The notes beneath the pieces were generated by a model that saw nothing but the letters and a program-made list of their open reading frames with translations, was not told the origin of the DNA and did not search any database. Both the position numbers and the translations under genes were made by a program. Shown in pieces: positions 8,262-18,691 of a DNA stretch of 64,000 nucleotides. Location: the IMG/VR virus record IMGVR_UViG_3300045592_000030, one strand, 5' to 3'. The DNA is from a virus. Every line of letters starts with the position of its first letter. Within the stretch, counting starts at the first letter, position 1.

Positions 8262-10259
8262 TTAGAAACCGCCCGGCATACAGAGGCCGGTAAGGTTGTT
8301 ACGATAGAAACGACAACCGATGTAAAGGTCATCGAAAGCGTCGGTACCATCGGTACGCAACTCTGCGGGAACAGACGATCCATCCACATTGTCGGTACTC
8401 AGTTTCTCACCCGTCTTGTCTTTCTTGAAAGTGCCCATGACCTGGCGGATGCCGCAATTCTCCATCGCTATCAAGAGACTTTCGTTGTTCTCACGGTTGA
8501 AACGAATGACCGGATAGACATACCCTGCCAATCCCTCGTTGATGTTCTTATACTTCATGTCGTGTTCCATTGCCTGACCCATATAGATAGGGTTGACCGC
8601 CCAGCCATGTTTACGGAGCTCGGCAATCACGGTGTCCTTGATGTCGGCATTACCGCTGATGGAATAGACTTTCATCTTGGCCGTATGGTTGTAATAGTAA
8701 AAGACGTTGTTGTTCTTAGCCTTGTGAGGTGCATAATATTTATCCCACAGAGCGATCAAGTCCTGCAACATCTGACCGTCCTTGACGAACATACTGCTCA
8801 GCACGTTCATGGCCTCTACGCTATCACGGCGATACATCTGCGCCGTTACTATCCAGTTGATTTTCGCGTTGTAGTCAAGGGCAATGTGCAAGGGTAGTCC
8901 GTCGATGCAATCGCCATCCAACAAACAGTCGTTCTTTAAGCCTAAGTAGTGGAAGTTAGGCGTTTCATATTCCTGCTGCTGTAAGGCACCATTATACACC
9001 GTGCTGGCGGTCTTGACACAATAAGCGTTGTCGATGGCCGGGCAATCCTCACAGATATAACCATGCACATTCTCAATGTCAAGGTTGCAATAAAAGCCGT
9101 CGCTCAGTCGCTTGGGCTTTTGGTTAAGCACCGATATTTGGAACACGAGCGGGCTAAGGTCCCGCTTCATGCGTGCAATATATTCCTTGCCGAGAAGGTC
9201 AACGTTGTCAAGCGTGGATCCGCGATAGACGATGAATGCCGCACAACGCAAATCGTTGATGTGGCGTGCGTACTTCTTGCTGCCACGTATAGCCATCATC
9301 TCAAAATGCTGCTCCTGGGTAATGAGGAACTCGTAATCAAAGATAAGGTCGGCATCGTCAGCATCTATCAGATGATAGGAAAGACAATAGTCCACCATGC
9401 CCTTAGTCATGTTGACATATTGCCGCGGCAAAGCCTTGAACGGTCCCTCGTGGCGCATCATGGAAACGGCAATCTGCTGGATGCGGTCTTTCGTCTCCTT
9501 ATCGACTTCGTGAATGCGGTGTTTGCTATCCTCTGCACGGCGCATAAGCTCGTTCCAGAAGTCCACTTTGTCGGCATAGTCAAACAACTCCTGCTGAATA
9601 TCGCGGTAGGTCTTTCCGGCAAACTCACCGGACGGGATTTTCAGGTCGAGTTTCTTTTCCTCCTTTTCAAGCCAGTTGTTTTTATTCGACAAAGATGCAT
9701 CCGACGTGAAACATGTACTCTTGTAGAACGGATTGTTGTTGTTGAAACCATTGATAGGAGACGGGGGGACAATACCCGACAGAGCGGGCATCACTTCCTG
9801 GTTAAGCTTGGTGTAAGGAATGAACTTACACTCATCGATAATCAGCGAGTTCAGGGTCATGGAGTTCACGGATCCGAACACCGCAAGGGAGGCTGAATAC
9901 CATAGCCAGCCGTTAGCCATCCACAACATGTTGTCGTAAGATTTTGGTTTCATCACCGGCTTTGGCACCCATTTTGGCGGAATGCCCCAACCGAAATGCA
10001 CGCCCTCTTTGAAACCATAGAAACTTTCCATAGCAAAGAGCATGGCGGGAATGGTGCGAGCCCACAGCTGCTTGCGCGACGAACCGCAAATGGCACCCAG
10101 ACCGCGGGGCATGGTCTGCGCTACCTGCCATAGACGTGCGCCCTGGAACTGCGACTTTCCCCAACGGCGACCACATATCGCACGCAAATCACGAGCCTGC
10201 GAATAATAGAGCTTTCGCTGGCCACGGTGCATATAGACATCTCTACGCTTCTGTGCCAT
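8262..10259 (-). CDS. terL: Terminase large subunit
   Basis: 665 aa with a Walker A-like CGRRWGKSQ and a Walker B-like SLIIDECKF. Overlaps the upstream ORF by 17 nt. Confidence 0.85.
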   Translation of the reverse strand: MAQKRRDVYMHRGQRKLYYSQARDLRAICGRRWGKSQFQGARLWQVAQTMPRGLGAICGSSRKQLWARTIPAMLFAMESFYGFKEGVHFGWGIPPKWVPKPVMKPKSYDNMLWMANGWLWYSASLAVFGSVNSMTLNSLIIDECKFIPYTKLNQEVMPALSGIVPPSPINGFNNNNPFYKSTCFTSDASLSNKNNWLEKEEKKLDLKIPSGEFAGKTYRDIQQELFDYADKVDFWNELMRRAEDSKHRIHEVDKETKDRIQQIAVSMMRHEGPFKALPRQYVNMTKGMVDYCLSYHLIDADDADLIFDYEFLITQEQHFEMMAIRGSKKYARHINDLRCAAFIVYRGSTLDNVDLLGKEYIARMKRDLSPLVFQISVLNQKPKRLSDGFYCNLDIENVHGYICEDCPAIDNAYCVKTASTVYNGALQQQEYETPNFHYLGLKNDCLLDGDCIDGLPLHIALDYNAKINWIVTAQMYRRDSVEAMNVLSSMFVKDGQMLQDLIALWDKYYAPHKAKNNNVFYYYNHTAKMKVYSISGNADIKDTVIAELRKHGWAVNPIYMGQAMEHDMKYKNINEGLAGYVYPVIRFNRENNESLLIAMENCGIRQVMGTFKKDKTGEKLSTDNVDGSSVPAELRTDGTDAFDDLYIGCRFYRNNLTGLCMPGGF

Positions 10260-11007
10260 TGTCGTTGTCTCCTATGTTTTCATCATCGGGCATGGGCATT
10301 TCCATCTCCTTCTTGTTTTCCTCCTCGTCATCGTCGTCATCAGCGGAAAAGGTGCCGTCCTCCTGTTCTTTCAGTTCCTTCACCTCGGTAGGCGTGAGGC
10401 CGTAATGCCGTTCAAGACTCTTACGATCCTTTTCAGAAAGGTTACTGCGGCTGTTGTCAATGATGCTGACATCACCCGTAACGTTAAGGTTAGGATTGGC
10501 CATACTCTCCTGCGGATTGTCCTTCTCGTTGAAGTTCTGATATATATCCATATAGATTTTTGCTCCCGACGTAACGCTGCGGTCATTACCCATTTTCATG
10601 CCGTGCGACATCAGCCAGTCGGCACTGGCCGTTACCTTGATGCGGTCCATCGCACGCGTGGAAACAGTAAGGGTGTTGACAATATAGTTGAGCGTATACA
10701 CGTCGCTGCTTATCTCGCTCGGCGTGCGTGGCACACCTTCACGGATATTCAGTGCATCGACATATTCCTGTGCCTCACTGTTGCCCTCTTTGGCCTTGTG
10801 AAGAAGCATGGCATATTCGCGTTTCGCCAATCGACGAAGCGTATCAGACGGGTCTATGAAATGGTCTTGAAGCCACTCCCAATATGCCTCGTAAACAATA
10901 CGGGCACGAAAACGCTGTACGGTGGAGAAGTTGATGCGCTGCAAGTCGGCACCCCCGCGGATCCACTGCTCCACACGATGAAGATAGTTGGATGATGGTT
11001 GACTCAT
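10243..11007 (-). CDS. Possible terminase small subunit
   Basis: 254 aa immediately upstream of and overlapping terL, with a strongly acidic C-terminal tail. Positional call only. Confidence 0.4.
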   Translation of the reverse strand: MSQPSSNYLHRVEQWIRGGADLQRINFSTVQRFRARIVYEAYWEWLQDHFIDPSDTLRRLAKREYAMLLHKAKEGNSEAQEYVDALNIREGVPRTPSEISSDVYTLNYIVNTLTVSTRAMDRIKVTASADWLMSHGMKMGNDRSVTSGAKIYMDIYQNFNEKDNPQESMANPNLNVTGDVSIIDNSRSNLSEKDRKSLERHYGLTPTEVKELKEQEDGTFSADDDDDEEENKKEMEMPMPDDENIGDNDNGTEA

Positions 11008-11016
11008 GGATAAAGA

Positions 11017-12414
11017 TTACTTCTTTTGTTTCTTTGCTGCCTTTTTCTGTTCGTAGGCTTTGTTGTCCTCGATGGTCTTGTCAATAAATGGCTGATAGGC
11101 TTTTGCCTCTTCGTCGCCTATCAGTGCGGCTAACTCCTTTAGATTTTCCTGCATACCGGCAATACGCGTCTTGGTGGGCTGTTTGTCGGTACGGCGAAGA
11201 TACTTGATGATAGCATCGGCTTTTGCTTTTCGCTCAGCTGCTGCCTGGCGACGTGCCACGGCTTCGGGATTATTATCATCAATCCACTGGCGTACACTCA
11301 GCTCAAAAGCGGGGTCGGCCTCCGTTACCTTGCGATGATAAGACTTCAAGAGCGACAAAAGACGGACTTTTCCGTTTTCGTCTATCTTGAAGCGGTCTTT
11401 CATCTCTTTCTGATACTGCTCGTCATAGCGCAAACGAAGCCATACCTTTGCCAGTTCCCTATCTACATGCTCATAGACAGTCTCGTATTGCTTGGTGGCA
11501 TCAGCGGCTTGCTGAGCATAGACAGCCACTTCCTCAGGCTTACCGCCCTGCTGTGCCATCAGCTTTGCTCGCTCGGCGGCAGCGGTGGCGGTGGCACGCA
11601 TATTGCGCACGTTATCGACATCGGCTTGCAATGATGCCGGCAGCAGCCATTTCACCTGATCAAGATGCAAAGAAGAGGATAACGACATAGCATCAAGAGC
11701 GGATGCGCCACCATTTATGGAAACATCAGCATCGTTGCTAACATGCTCGGTAGATTGCTTGTTTACTTCATTCGTTGATGTTCCCTTTTTGTCGTTGGCG
11801 GTATCAGCGGATAGGGTAGGGGCTTTTGTCTGTGTGGGGGATGCCGGCGTGGCAGCATCAAACAAAGATGGTGCAATCTTTGCCTCTTCTGCCTCTCGCT
11901 CGGCTCTTTCGGCTGCAAGTTCATCATTGTTTTTCTCACGCGCCTCTTTGTCGGTGATAATTGTCATGCCCAACAATGCGGCTATCTTCTCTTGTGTCCG
12001 CGTGTCGGCTGACTGCAATTCTTTCTTGCATTGTTCGCGCTGCATGGCTTCCTCCTTGGTAGGACGACCACGGCGTTTCCTGCGCTGCAAGGCTGTGATA
12101 TAGGCATAGGTCTCGCCATTCACGCCCTGCACAGTCATACCCTTGCTGATTTCATCTTTTATCTGCTCGACATAATATCGCAAACGACTTACCCGGCGAC
12201 TGTAATCACCGAGCATTAATGAAGTCTTGGCAAACTTGTAGGCAAACTGAAAAGCGGTAATAAGCTTTAATCCGGTCTCAATATCCTTACGGTCGGATAA
12301 TTCCCATACATCCCCCAATCGCTCCAAACGGGGGAGCGTGTCAGTAGTAAAATTAGAAAAATCCGTTACCCATTTTAATTTTTCATCATCTGTCATATCC
12401 TTGTATAGCTCCAT
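11017..12414 (-). CDS. Hypothetical coiled-coil / low-complexity protein
   Basis: Start moved to ATG 12414 (MELYKDM) because the track start at 12468 lies inside the promoter at 12458-12491. Confidence 0.6.
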   Translation of the reverse strand: MELYKDMTDDEKLKWVTDFSNFTTDTLPRLERLGDVWELSDRKDIETGLKLITAFQFAYKFAKTSLMLGDYSRRVSRLRYYVEQIKDEISKGMTVQGVNGETYAYITALQRRKRRGRPTKEEAMQREQCKKELQSADTRTQEKIAALLGMTIITDKEAREKNNDELAAERAEREAEEAKIAPSLFDAATPASPTQTKAPTLSADTANDKKGTSTNEVNKQSTEHVSNDADVSINGGASALDAMSLSSSLHLDQVKWLLPASLQADVDNVRNMRATATAAAERAKLMAQQGGKPEEVAVYAQQAADATKQYETVYEHVDRELAKVWLRLRYDEQYQKEMKDRFKIDENGKVRLLSLLKSYHRKVTEADPAFELSVRQWIDDNNPEAVARRQAAAERKAKADAIIKYLRRTDKQPTKTRIAGMQENLKELAALIGDEEAKAYQPFIDKTIEDNKAYEQKKAAKKQKK

Positions 12415-12457
12415 AATCGCTGTATTTTTGATTCCACACAAAACTTTTCTTTCTACA

Positions 12458-12491
12458 CAAAGATACAAAACGGGGGAATTGACTAAGGGAC
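12458..12491 (-). promoter_or_regulatory. Late-type promoter AGTCCCTTA-N18-TATCTTTG
   Basis: Minus strand reads GTCCCTTA + 18 nt + TATCTTTG, 43 nt before ATG 12414. Confidence 0.6.
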
Positions 12492-12570
12492 TGAAAGTAA
12501 AGGTATTCTTCCCCTATTCTTAACGCCTTTGCCCATCATCCCGTGCGTCGAATTATAATTCGACAACTAT

Positions 12571-12611
12571 AAACAAAAAAAACCGCACCGAAGAAAAATC
12601 TCCGGTGCGGT
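12571..12611 (-). terminator. Rho-independent terminator after the 196-aa head-region gene
   Basis: Minus strand: ACCGCACCGG stem, loop, CGGTGCGGT stem, followed by TTTTTTTTGTTT. Confidence 0.7.
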
Positions 12612-12708
12612 ACCCTCTATGCGAGGTATATGCGGGCCTATGAAGCATCTCATTTATGAAACCTTAATGGCTAAGTAATAGTCGGTGCCCGCCTTGGTGA
12701 TACGTGGT

Positions 12709-13299
12709 TTAAGCTTTACTTGGGTCTTTTGCTGTCGGTGCTGCTGCCTTTGCGCTTGCGAGCAAGCTGTCCCAACCTTCGGTAGGCTCTTCGACGAACA
12801 GATGCGGATAGACTACTCCGTTGAGCTTTAAGTCCATCTTCATCTGTCGGTCAGAGCTTGCGCTGTCGCCGGTATCGGAGTTGATGCCTCCTGAATCGGC
12901 CTTCACCTTACGCACCTTATCGTAGAGGATCTGCGAGTTACCGTCAGAGTCGGGGATGATGACAAACACATCGTTGTTGTTCACGGCACGCGCAAACTTA
13001 CTGGTGGTTGCATCGACGACCTCGGAAACGACGGTAGCGGTCAAGTTAAAGCCCTTGCGATAGCCGGCGGAATCGCCGACAATCTTCTGCTTCTCATCAG
13101 CGGCCTCGAACTTATACAGTCCCTTACCTGAATTAAAGATAGGGGTGCTGTATGTATTATCGGTACGGGTCAGCGGAGCTGTAAGGTCAGACTTCAAACC
13201 GAAGTAGGCCACAGAGCCCATTCCGGCAAAGTTCTCCATACAACTGTTGGCGTTGGTAACGTCCATCATTGTAGGGCATGTTTCTTTAATTGCTGCCAT
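12709..13299 (-). CDS. Hypothetical head-associated protein (follows capsid gene)
   Basis: 196-aa ORF between the capsid gene and a strong terminator. Positional call only. Confidence 0.6.
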   Translation of the reverse strand: MAAIKETCPTMMDVTNANSCMENFAGMGSVAYFGLKSDLTAPLTRTDNTYSTPIFNSGKGLYKFEAADEKQKIVGDSAGYRKGFNLTATVVSEVVDATTSKFARAVNNNDVFVIIPDSDGNSQILYDKVRKVKADSGGINSDTGDSASSDRQMKMDLKLNGVVYPHLFVEEPTEGWDSLLASAKAAAPTAKDPSKA

Positions 13300-13412
13300 A
13301 ATTATATGTTTTTATTTGTTGTTACTAAGAATATGTTCTCTTATCAAGAAGCAAGATAGAAGAGAGTAGGAAGGCAAATGCCTGTCCTTGCTCTCTTTAT
13401 CTGGGGGCTTGT

Positions 13413-14702
13413 TTACTCCTTAGCGAAGATAGCGGTGATTGCGTCAGGCTGATTCTTCGTGATGTAGGTCAGAGCTGCGTTGGTAGAACCGTTGCTCCAA
13501 CGGACGAACTTATAACCAGTCTCGGCTGTTGCGGTCAGCGTCAGCGTTGTACCTGGAACGTATGCGCCATTGGCATCAGCACTGCCACCTGTAACGACTA
13601 CCTTACCACCCCCGGCAGGAGTGGCGGTAACAGCGAGCGTGTTATCGTGATAGTCGCCGCTAATCAACGATGTAGGAGCAACGACAGCTGCGTCAGTCAT
13701 CGCGAACTTAGAAGGCATGAGCTGCACGATACGCGTACCGATAGTGGTCTGAATCTGGAACTGGATGTCGGTAAGGTCGTCATCGGTGCCCTCCTTGATG
13801 CCAACGTAGTTGTCAACGGGATCGCCGTTGTTGACACCAATCTCAAAGTTATTAGGAACAGTGAACACGATGCGGTCGCCAACGCCCCAGTCCTCAACAG
13901 GAACAACAGTTAGTCGTGGCATCTCGATAAACTTGAAGTTGACAGTATTGCCCTGCATGATGACCTCACGGTTGTTGCGGCGAGCATTGCCGTAAGCATC
14001 AGAGATAGCAACAGATGTGTCAACATTCATGTAAGCAAAGGTTTCCTGACGTTTCAGGGCATCAGGCAGAGCGTTGTAAGCTGCGCGGAAATTCTTCCAT
14101 GCGGCTGTATCGCTGTCGTCCTTCGGCGCATCGAGCACATCGCAATGGATAAGGTTTTTATTCTCCTTAGAGATAAGGCCGTTCTCAACCTCGTGTGCTA
14201 TAACGGTCTGGAAACCGTCAAAGAGGCCAAGAGCTTTCTTGTCATCCTCATTAGCGTCGGCGTTGTCCTTATCACCCCACCACAGGTTAGACATACAGTC
14301 GTCAGAGAAGGCTGTTGCAATCTGGGTCAGTGCTAACTCAGAAAGCGGATAGCTGACAGTAGCATCGCCATTGACATTAGCAACAGGCAGCTCGCGATAG
14401 TTACCCTTATTGTCTGTGTAATGGTTCCAAACGGTGTAAGTAACCAGCGGACGCTCCTGTAAAAAGCCCATCTGCGAGTTAATCTTATCACCGGCATTCT
14501 TGCGACGTGTGGTGCCACCCTTACGATAGAACACATATTTTGTGTTCATGAGCTGAATGCCGGTAAGAACGTTGATGCCTAAGCGGGCAATCTCATCCTT
14601 GGCATAGTAAGCAGGACCCATAAGGATGTTTTGCTCAATCTGATTGGCCAAAGTCTTTAAGGTCTGAATTCCGATAAACGGAACAGTGTTAATTGTATTC
14701 AT
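13413..14702 (-). CDS. Major capsid protein candidate with C-terminal Ig/InlB-B-repeat-like extension
   Basis: 429 aa directly after the protease-scaffold gene. The C-terminal segment TLTLTATAETGYKFVRWSNGS resembles the Listeria-Bacteroides repeat (from memory). Confidence 0.6.
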   Translation of the reverse strand: MNTINTVPFIGIQTLKTLANQIEQNILMGPAYYAKDEIARLGINVLTGIQLMNTKYVFYRKGGTTRRKNAGDKINSQMGFLQERPLVTYTVWNHYTDNKGNYRELPVANVNGDATVSYPLSELALTQIATAFSDDCMSNLWWGDKDNADANEDDKKALGLFDGFQTVIAHEVENGLISKENKNLIHCDVLDAPKDDSDTAAWKNFRAAYNALPDALKRQETFAYMNVDTSVAISDAYGNARRNNREVIMQGNTVNFKFIEMPRLTVVPVEDWGVGDRIVFTVPNNFEIGVNNGDPVDNYVGIKEGTDDDLTDIQFQIQTTIGTRIVQLMPSKFAMTDAAVVAPTSLISGDYHDNTLAVTATPAGGGKVVVTGGSADANGAYVPGTTLTLTATAETGYKFVRWSNGSTNAALTYITKNQPDAITAIFAKE

Positions 14703-14748
14703 AGTGCTATGAGTTTATATGAATTAATATCTGATGATTTGTCGTTGA

Positions 14749-16440
14749 TTACTTCTTGCCGTTGTCGAACATCTGTGCGGCATAAGGCTTCGACGGGTCG
14801 TAAACCTGCTGCACAGCGGCAATGCGAACCTGCTTTGCACCTGCGCCATTATCGACGGGAGCGTTTCCGGCTTCGACATTCTTACCGGCACTCTGGCCCA
14901 TTTCCTTCATCTGCTCGTCGCGGTCTTTCAGGTTCTGCTCCAGTTCGGCGATGCGAGCGGTCTTTGCGTCGATGTCTTTCTGTATCTCGGCCATCTTCGC
15001 GTTGAGCTCAGAAACCTGTTTATCGCTTGCGGCCTTTGCGTCGGCAGTAGCCTTCTCGTTTGCAGCTTTCTCATCTGCAAGAGCTTTGTCGCTTGCGGCT
15101 TTTGCGTCGGCAGTGGCTTTCTCGTTTGCAGACTTCAACTCGGCAATCTGAGCCTCGTAGTTAGCCTTTGCGTCGGCCAGCTTCTTCTCGTAGTCCTCCT
15201 GGGCTTTCTGAGCGGCTGCGGCATTGTCTGCTTTCTGTTTCTCACTTTCCGCCTTGATGTTGCCAATAGCGGACTCAAGCGTATCAAGCTGTGCGATGTT
15301 GAGGAACGAACCGTTCTCAATCTCTTTCTCGCTACCAGTCTTTACGGCCAACTGCTCCACGTTGAGCAATGCGGCCACATTCTGATATTTCTTATCCATG
15401 TTGCTGTTATTTTGTTGATTAGAATGAGCATTGATTTGTACTGTTGCAGGGGCTTGTGCCTGTGCTGCAATCTGCGTTGGTGCGGACATAGCCACATGCG
15501 CTGTTGCGGAAGAAGCGGTAGTGCGTGCGGATGCGGCATCCTGTGCGGCTGGAATACCGGCAGCTTTTGCCAAAGCTATCACACGGTCGAAAGCCTGGCC
15601 ATAATCACACTGGCCATTCGTCCAGATGCCTTTGGTCTTTTCAGCGTCGTACAAGTTGCCATGTATCATTTCATCCTTGCTCTTCGGGAAACTTTTCATA
15701 ATGGCCGCGCGGAACTCCACGCCCGACTGAGCCAAATCATCGAGGATGATCTTATCGCCATCACTACCATCAGCCTTGCGGTACCATTCATTCTTATTGT
15801 AGCTATCCGGATCGTAAAGCTCGCGATAGGTTTCACCGGTGTAAAGCTTATCCATATCACCCATCTTGTAGAACATGGCCATCACACCAATAGAGCCAAA
15901 CTGGTCTTTCGGGTGCATGTACCATATTTCATCGCACATGCTGGCTAAGTACATAGCAGCCGACGCACACATACCATCGACCCACATCACTACCGGCTGC
16001 TTCTTGCTATGAGCATAATCGATAGCTTGCTGGTAATCGTTGTGCGTCCATGCGGCTCCGCCTGGAGAGTTCACAACAAAGAGATGACCGACGCACTTAG
16101 GGTTGTCGGCATTGCTCATAATCATATCGCGGTGGTCGGCACTTCCATAGGAACACAAGTCTCCGGCACGTGTCATTGGACCGTCGATAGTCATCACGTT
16201 TATGAATGGATCGTTGATATTGTCTTGATAAGAAGAAATGCTCAACCCCGTTTCCGTAGAGATGTTCACATCCTGAATGACCTCCATTGTCGCGGCGTTG
16301 ACCAACTGTCCAATCGTCTTTTCCATCGAAATGGGATAATGGCCGTTGAGATTTTGCTCCACCACATTGCGATAAGCTGCGGCGGCACTGGGCTCAATGG
16401 CAAATATCTTTGCGGTAAGTAATTCGTGTAATCCTCGCAT
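14749..16440 (-). CDS. Prohead protease (S49/SppA-like) fused to coiled-coil scaffold domain
   Basis: Contains GHLFVVNSPGGAAW and VDGMCASAAMYLAS, then an Ala/Lys/Glu-rich tail. Start set to ATG 16440 (MRGLHELL) because the 69-codon upstream extension looks non-coding. Confidence 0.7.
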   Translation of the reverse strand: MRGLHELLTAKIFAIEPSAAAAYRNVVEQNLNGHYPISMEKTIGQLVNAATMEVIQDVNISTETGLSISSYQDNINDPFINVMTIDGPMTRAGDLCSYGSADHRDMIMSNADNPKCVGHLFVVNSPGGAAWTHNDYQQAIDYAHSKKQPVVMWVDGMCASAAMYLASMCDEIWYMHPKDQFGSIGVMAMFYKMGDMDKLYTGETYRELYDPDSYNKNEWYRKADGSDGDKIILDDLAQSGVEFRAAIMKSFPKSKDEMIHGNLYDAEKTKGIWTNGQCDYGQAFDRVIALAKAAGIPAAQDAASARTTASSATAHVAMSAPTQIAAQAQAPATVQINAHSNQQNNSNMDKKYQNVAALLNVEQLAVKTGSEKEIENGSFLNIAQLDTLESAIGNIKAESEKQKADNAAAAQKAQEDYEKKLADAKANYEAQIAELKSANEKATADAKAASDKALADEKAANEKATADAKAASDKQVSELNAKMAEIQKDIDAKTARIAELEQNLKDRDEQMKEMGQSAGKNVEAGNAPVDNGAGAKQVRIAAVQQVYDPSKPYAAQMFDNGKK

Positions 16441-16620
16441 AATAGATATATTGTTTATTTCGATTTTGATTTCTACACCAAAAGTAAACAATACATTTTT
16501 CGTCAGGACGCAAAAATTAGGGGGAAAACCTTTGTTTTCGGGAAAGAGCAAAAAAAAAGTGAAAACAAAAAATCCGCATATCCTCACGGACAGCGGATCA
16601 ACCATTGAATTTATGAAATA

Positions 16621-16655
16621 CAAAAAAATCAGCAAATGAAAGCGCATCCCTGCGC
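16621..16655 (-). terminator. Rho-independent terminator after the 160-aa gene
   Basis: Minus strand: GCGCAGGGATGCGC hairpin followed by TTTCATTTGCTGATTTTTTTG. Confidence 0.6.
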
Positions 16656-16764
16656 CATCATTTGCAATGCCTATAGATATGAATGAAACAATCTATTTTC
16701 TAACATACAAAACATTTCCGACATTTTTAACCTTTTCAATATACAATCTTACTATTCAATCTTA

Positions 16765-17247
16765 CTATTCAATACTAACAATCCTTGACCTTGACTGCAT
16801 CACCAGTTCCACGTTCATGGTGTGCGTTAGGTCTGCATAGCTCTCTGATACAGCAAACGAACAGGTGTTTGGCAGTGGGACGAGTGCTTTCTGCTCGCCA
16901 TTGCGTATTGTCAATAAGACCAAAACGTCCATATTTTCGACGTTATCTGCCTTTTCGCGCACCGTATCGAAGCCACCTGTAACAACACACTGCAAAGTGT
17001 GCTGGTGAATACGTCCATAGACAGCATCCTTATCCTCCGTAGCCAGCGATGGTGAAGTGTCCATATCGCCGTCGCCGGTACCATCCATTGCTAACGACAA
17101 TACCGACGCGCCCAACGTAATATTCGATTTCTCCATGATCACAAGCTTAGGCACCAAATAAAGAATACCCTTACAAGCTTCAAGAGGAATGAAATCAACC
17201 TTGACCACATCATCTAATATCTGTTCCAAACAACTGTTATCTGCCAT
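16765..17247 (-). CDS. Hypothetical protein
   Basis: 160-aa ORF followed by a terminator. No motif recognised. Confidence 0.6.
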   Translation of the reverse strand: MADNSCLEQILDDVVKVDFIPLEACKGILYLVPKLVIMEKSNITLGASVLSLAMDGTGDGDMDTSPSLATEDKDAVYGRIHQHTLQCVVTGGFDTVREKADNVENMDVLVLLTIRNGEQKALVPLPNTCSFAVSESYADLTHTMNVELVMQSRSRIVSIE

Positions 17248-17376
17248 CGTTATTTATATATGCGCTGACAACGCAAAAAAACATCAGAAAAATCAATTCT
17301 GTTGTATGGTTGCCAAAAATACATTATTAATTATTTCTTTAACGTTTGTTTATAATTAACTTAACATCGTTTTTGC

Positions 17377-18141
17377 TTATACTTCTGTTTTTACCTTTTC
17401 GTCTTTCATTCCGTTGCTGATTTGCTCAGCCTCTTTTGCAGTGATATGCTCGAAGAATCGGTCAGAAAAATCTATGCGGTCGTTAGGCAAAATATTCGCG
17501 CGGTCAAGCCATCGGTTTGTCATCCGTCGCAACGACTCGCGTTCTTTCTTGTCTGCTGACACGGGAATACCATACACCATGAAGAAGCGTTCCAACGTCT
17601 CCAGCCGTGGCCGGTCTATGCCACGTTGGTTACAGAAACGACGGTCTTGTATCATCCAGTCGAGCAAACACAAGACAAATTCATGTCTGAGCATTCCTTC
17701 CAGTCTGGTAACACTGCTGCGGTCGAGCGAATAGCTGTTGTTGACGCGGATAAAACGTCCACCATCGCAAATCTCCTTTGGTGTGGCAATACAAAGATAG
17801 TCATAACATTCGTTGAGGAAGTTACCACTTTCCTTTGCCATTGTGCTTATTTCCTGCGCCGACGGCCATTCCTTTGCGTCCCGTTTGATGATTTTGTCCT
17901 TACCGTCGGGCGTGCGGCCACGAAGCATATTCTTCCATGCCATCTGCGAATAGCAATGATTGCGTGCCATGTCGCTCTCGCTCATCACGCGCAAGCCCAT
18001 CGACAACACGACATATTCCTGCGAGAAAGCACAGAACTGCAATGGCTGCTCCGGCGATAAGGGATGATCCGTATCGCGGTTGCGGTAGAACGCGCAAATG
18101 TACTGCGGCAATCTAAGATAGATGTTAGCCATAATCAGCAC
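17377..18141 (-). CDS. Hypothetical protein
   Basis: 254-aa ORF. No motif recognised. Confidence 0.6.
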   Translation of the reverse strand: MLIMANIYLRLPQYICAFYRNRDTDHPLSPEQPLQFCAFSQEYVVLSMGLRVMSESDMARNHCYSQMAWKNMLRGRTPDGKDKIIKRDAKEWPSAQEISTMAKESGNFLNECYDYLCIATPKEICDGGRFIRVNNSYSLDRSSVTRLEGMLRHEFVLCLLDWMIQDRRFCNQRGIDRPRLETLERFFMVYGIPVSADKKERESLRRMTNRWLDRANILPNDRIDFSDRFFEHITAKEAEQISNGMKDEKVKTEV

Positions 18142-18443
18142 TCCTCCTCGTGAAAGACTATCGGCCCCTGCACCTTGTCAGTGTCCGTATCGTTGTCGGG
18201 TTTATCCTCCTTTGTAAACTCTAAACGAAATACACTCAGCACAAAGAACAGCCAATTGAATGTTATGCCATAAACATAACGAAGTCCTGGCTTACCAATG
18301 GATTTTTCTTCGTGTGCCAATATAGGCATACAATTACGGTATATATATAGCGAAGGAATAACAAAGAAAGTGGCGAATGATCGACGCTGTGCTTTATTAC
18401 ACCAATAACAACGATCCAAAATCTTGAATTTTATCTTCTTCAT
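18135..18443 (-). CDS. Small membrane protein
   Basis: 102 aa with two hydrophobic segments (FATFFVIPSLYIY, WLFFVLSVF). Confidence 0.5.
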   Translation of the reverse strand: MKKIKFKILDRCYWCNKAQRRSFATFFVIPSLYIYRNCMPILAHEEKSIGKPGLRYVYGITFNWLFFVLSVFRLEFTKEDKPDNDTDTDKVQGPIVFHEEEC

Positions 18444-18454
18444 ATAATTAAAGG

Positions 18455-18691
18455 TTATATTGCCTGACTGATGTCCTTACCCACATGCCAACATCCACAA
18501 ATGGAACAGCGGTAAATAGTATATCCATCGTGCTTGAGCCACCAGTGGCGGCATAGCCAGTGTTTGGCCTTGTGCTCCGTAGAGAATGGCTGTTTGGGTT
18601 TCCATCGTCCTTGTTTCTTACTGTAATGCTCACGTGGCTGCTTACCTTTCGGATGCATCCGCCGGTCGTGGTAGGGTGTATAATCTTTCAT
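18455..18691 (-). CDS. Small Cys/His-rich (zinc-ribbon-like) protein
   Basis: 78 aa containing CRHWW...CSICGCWH. Confidence 0.5.
   Translation of the reverse strand: MKDYTPYHDRRMHPKGKQPREHYSKKQGRWKPKQPFSTEHKAKHWLCRHWWLKHDGYTIYRCSICGCWHVGKDISQAI

Noticed and set aside
16441-16647. N-terminal extensions proposed by the ORF track: 16647 for the protease, 12468 for the 483-aa ORF, 52949 for the 292-aa ORF and 58933 for the 114-aa ORF.
   Set aside because: The extensions run through terminator, promoter or leader elements or overlap the upstream gene, and they translate to implausible hydrophobic sequence. The internal Met was chosen in each case.
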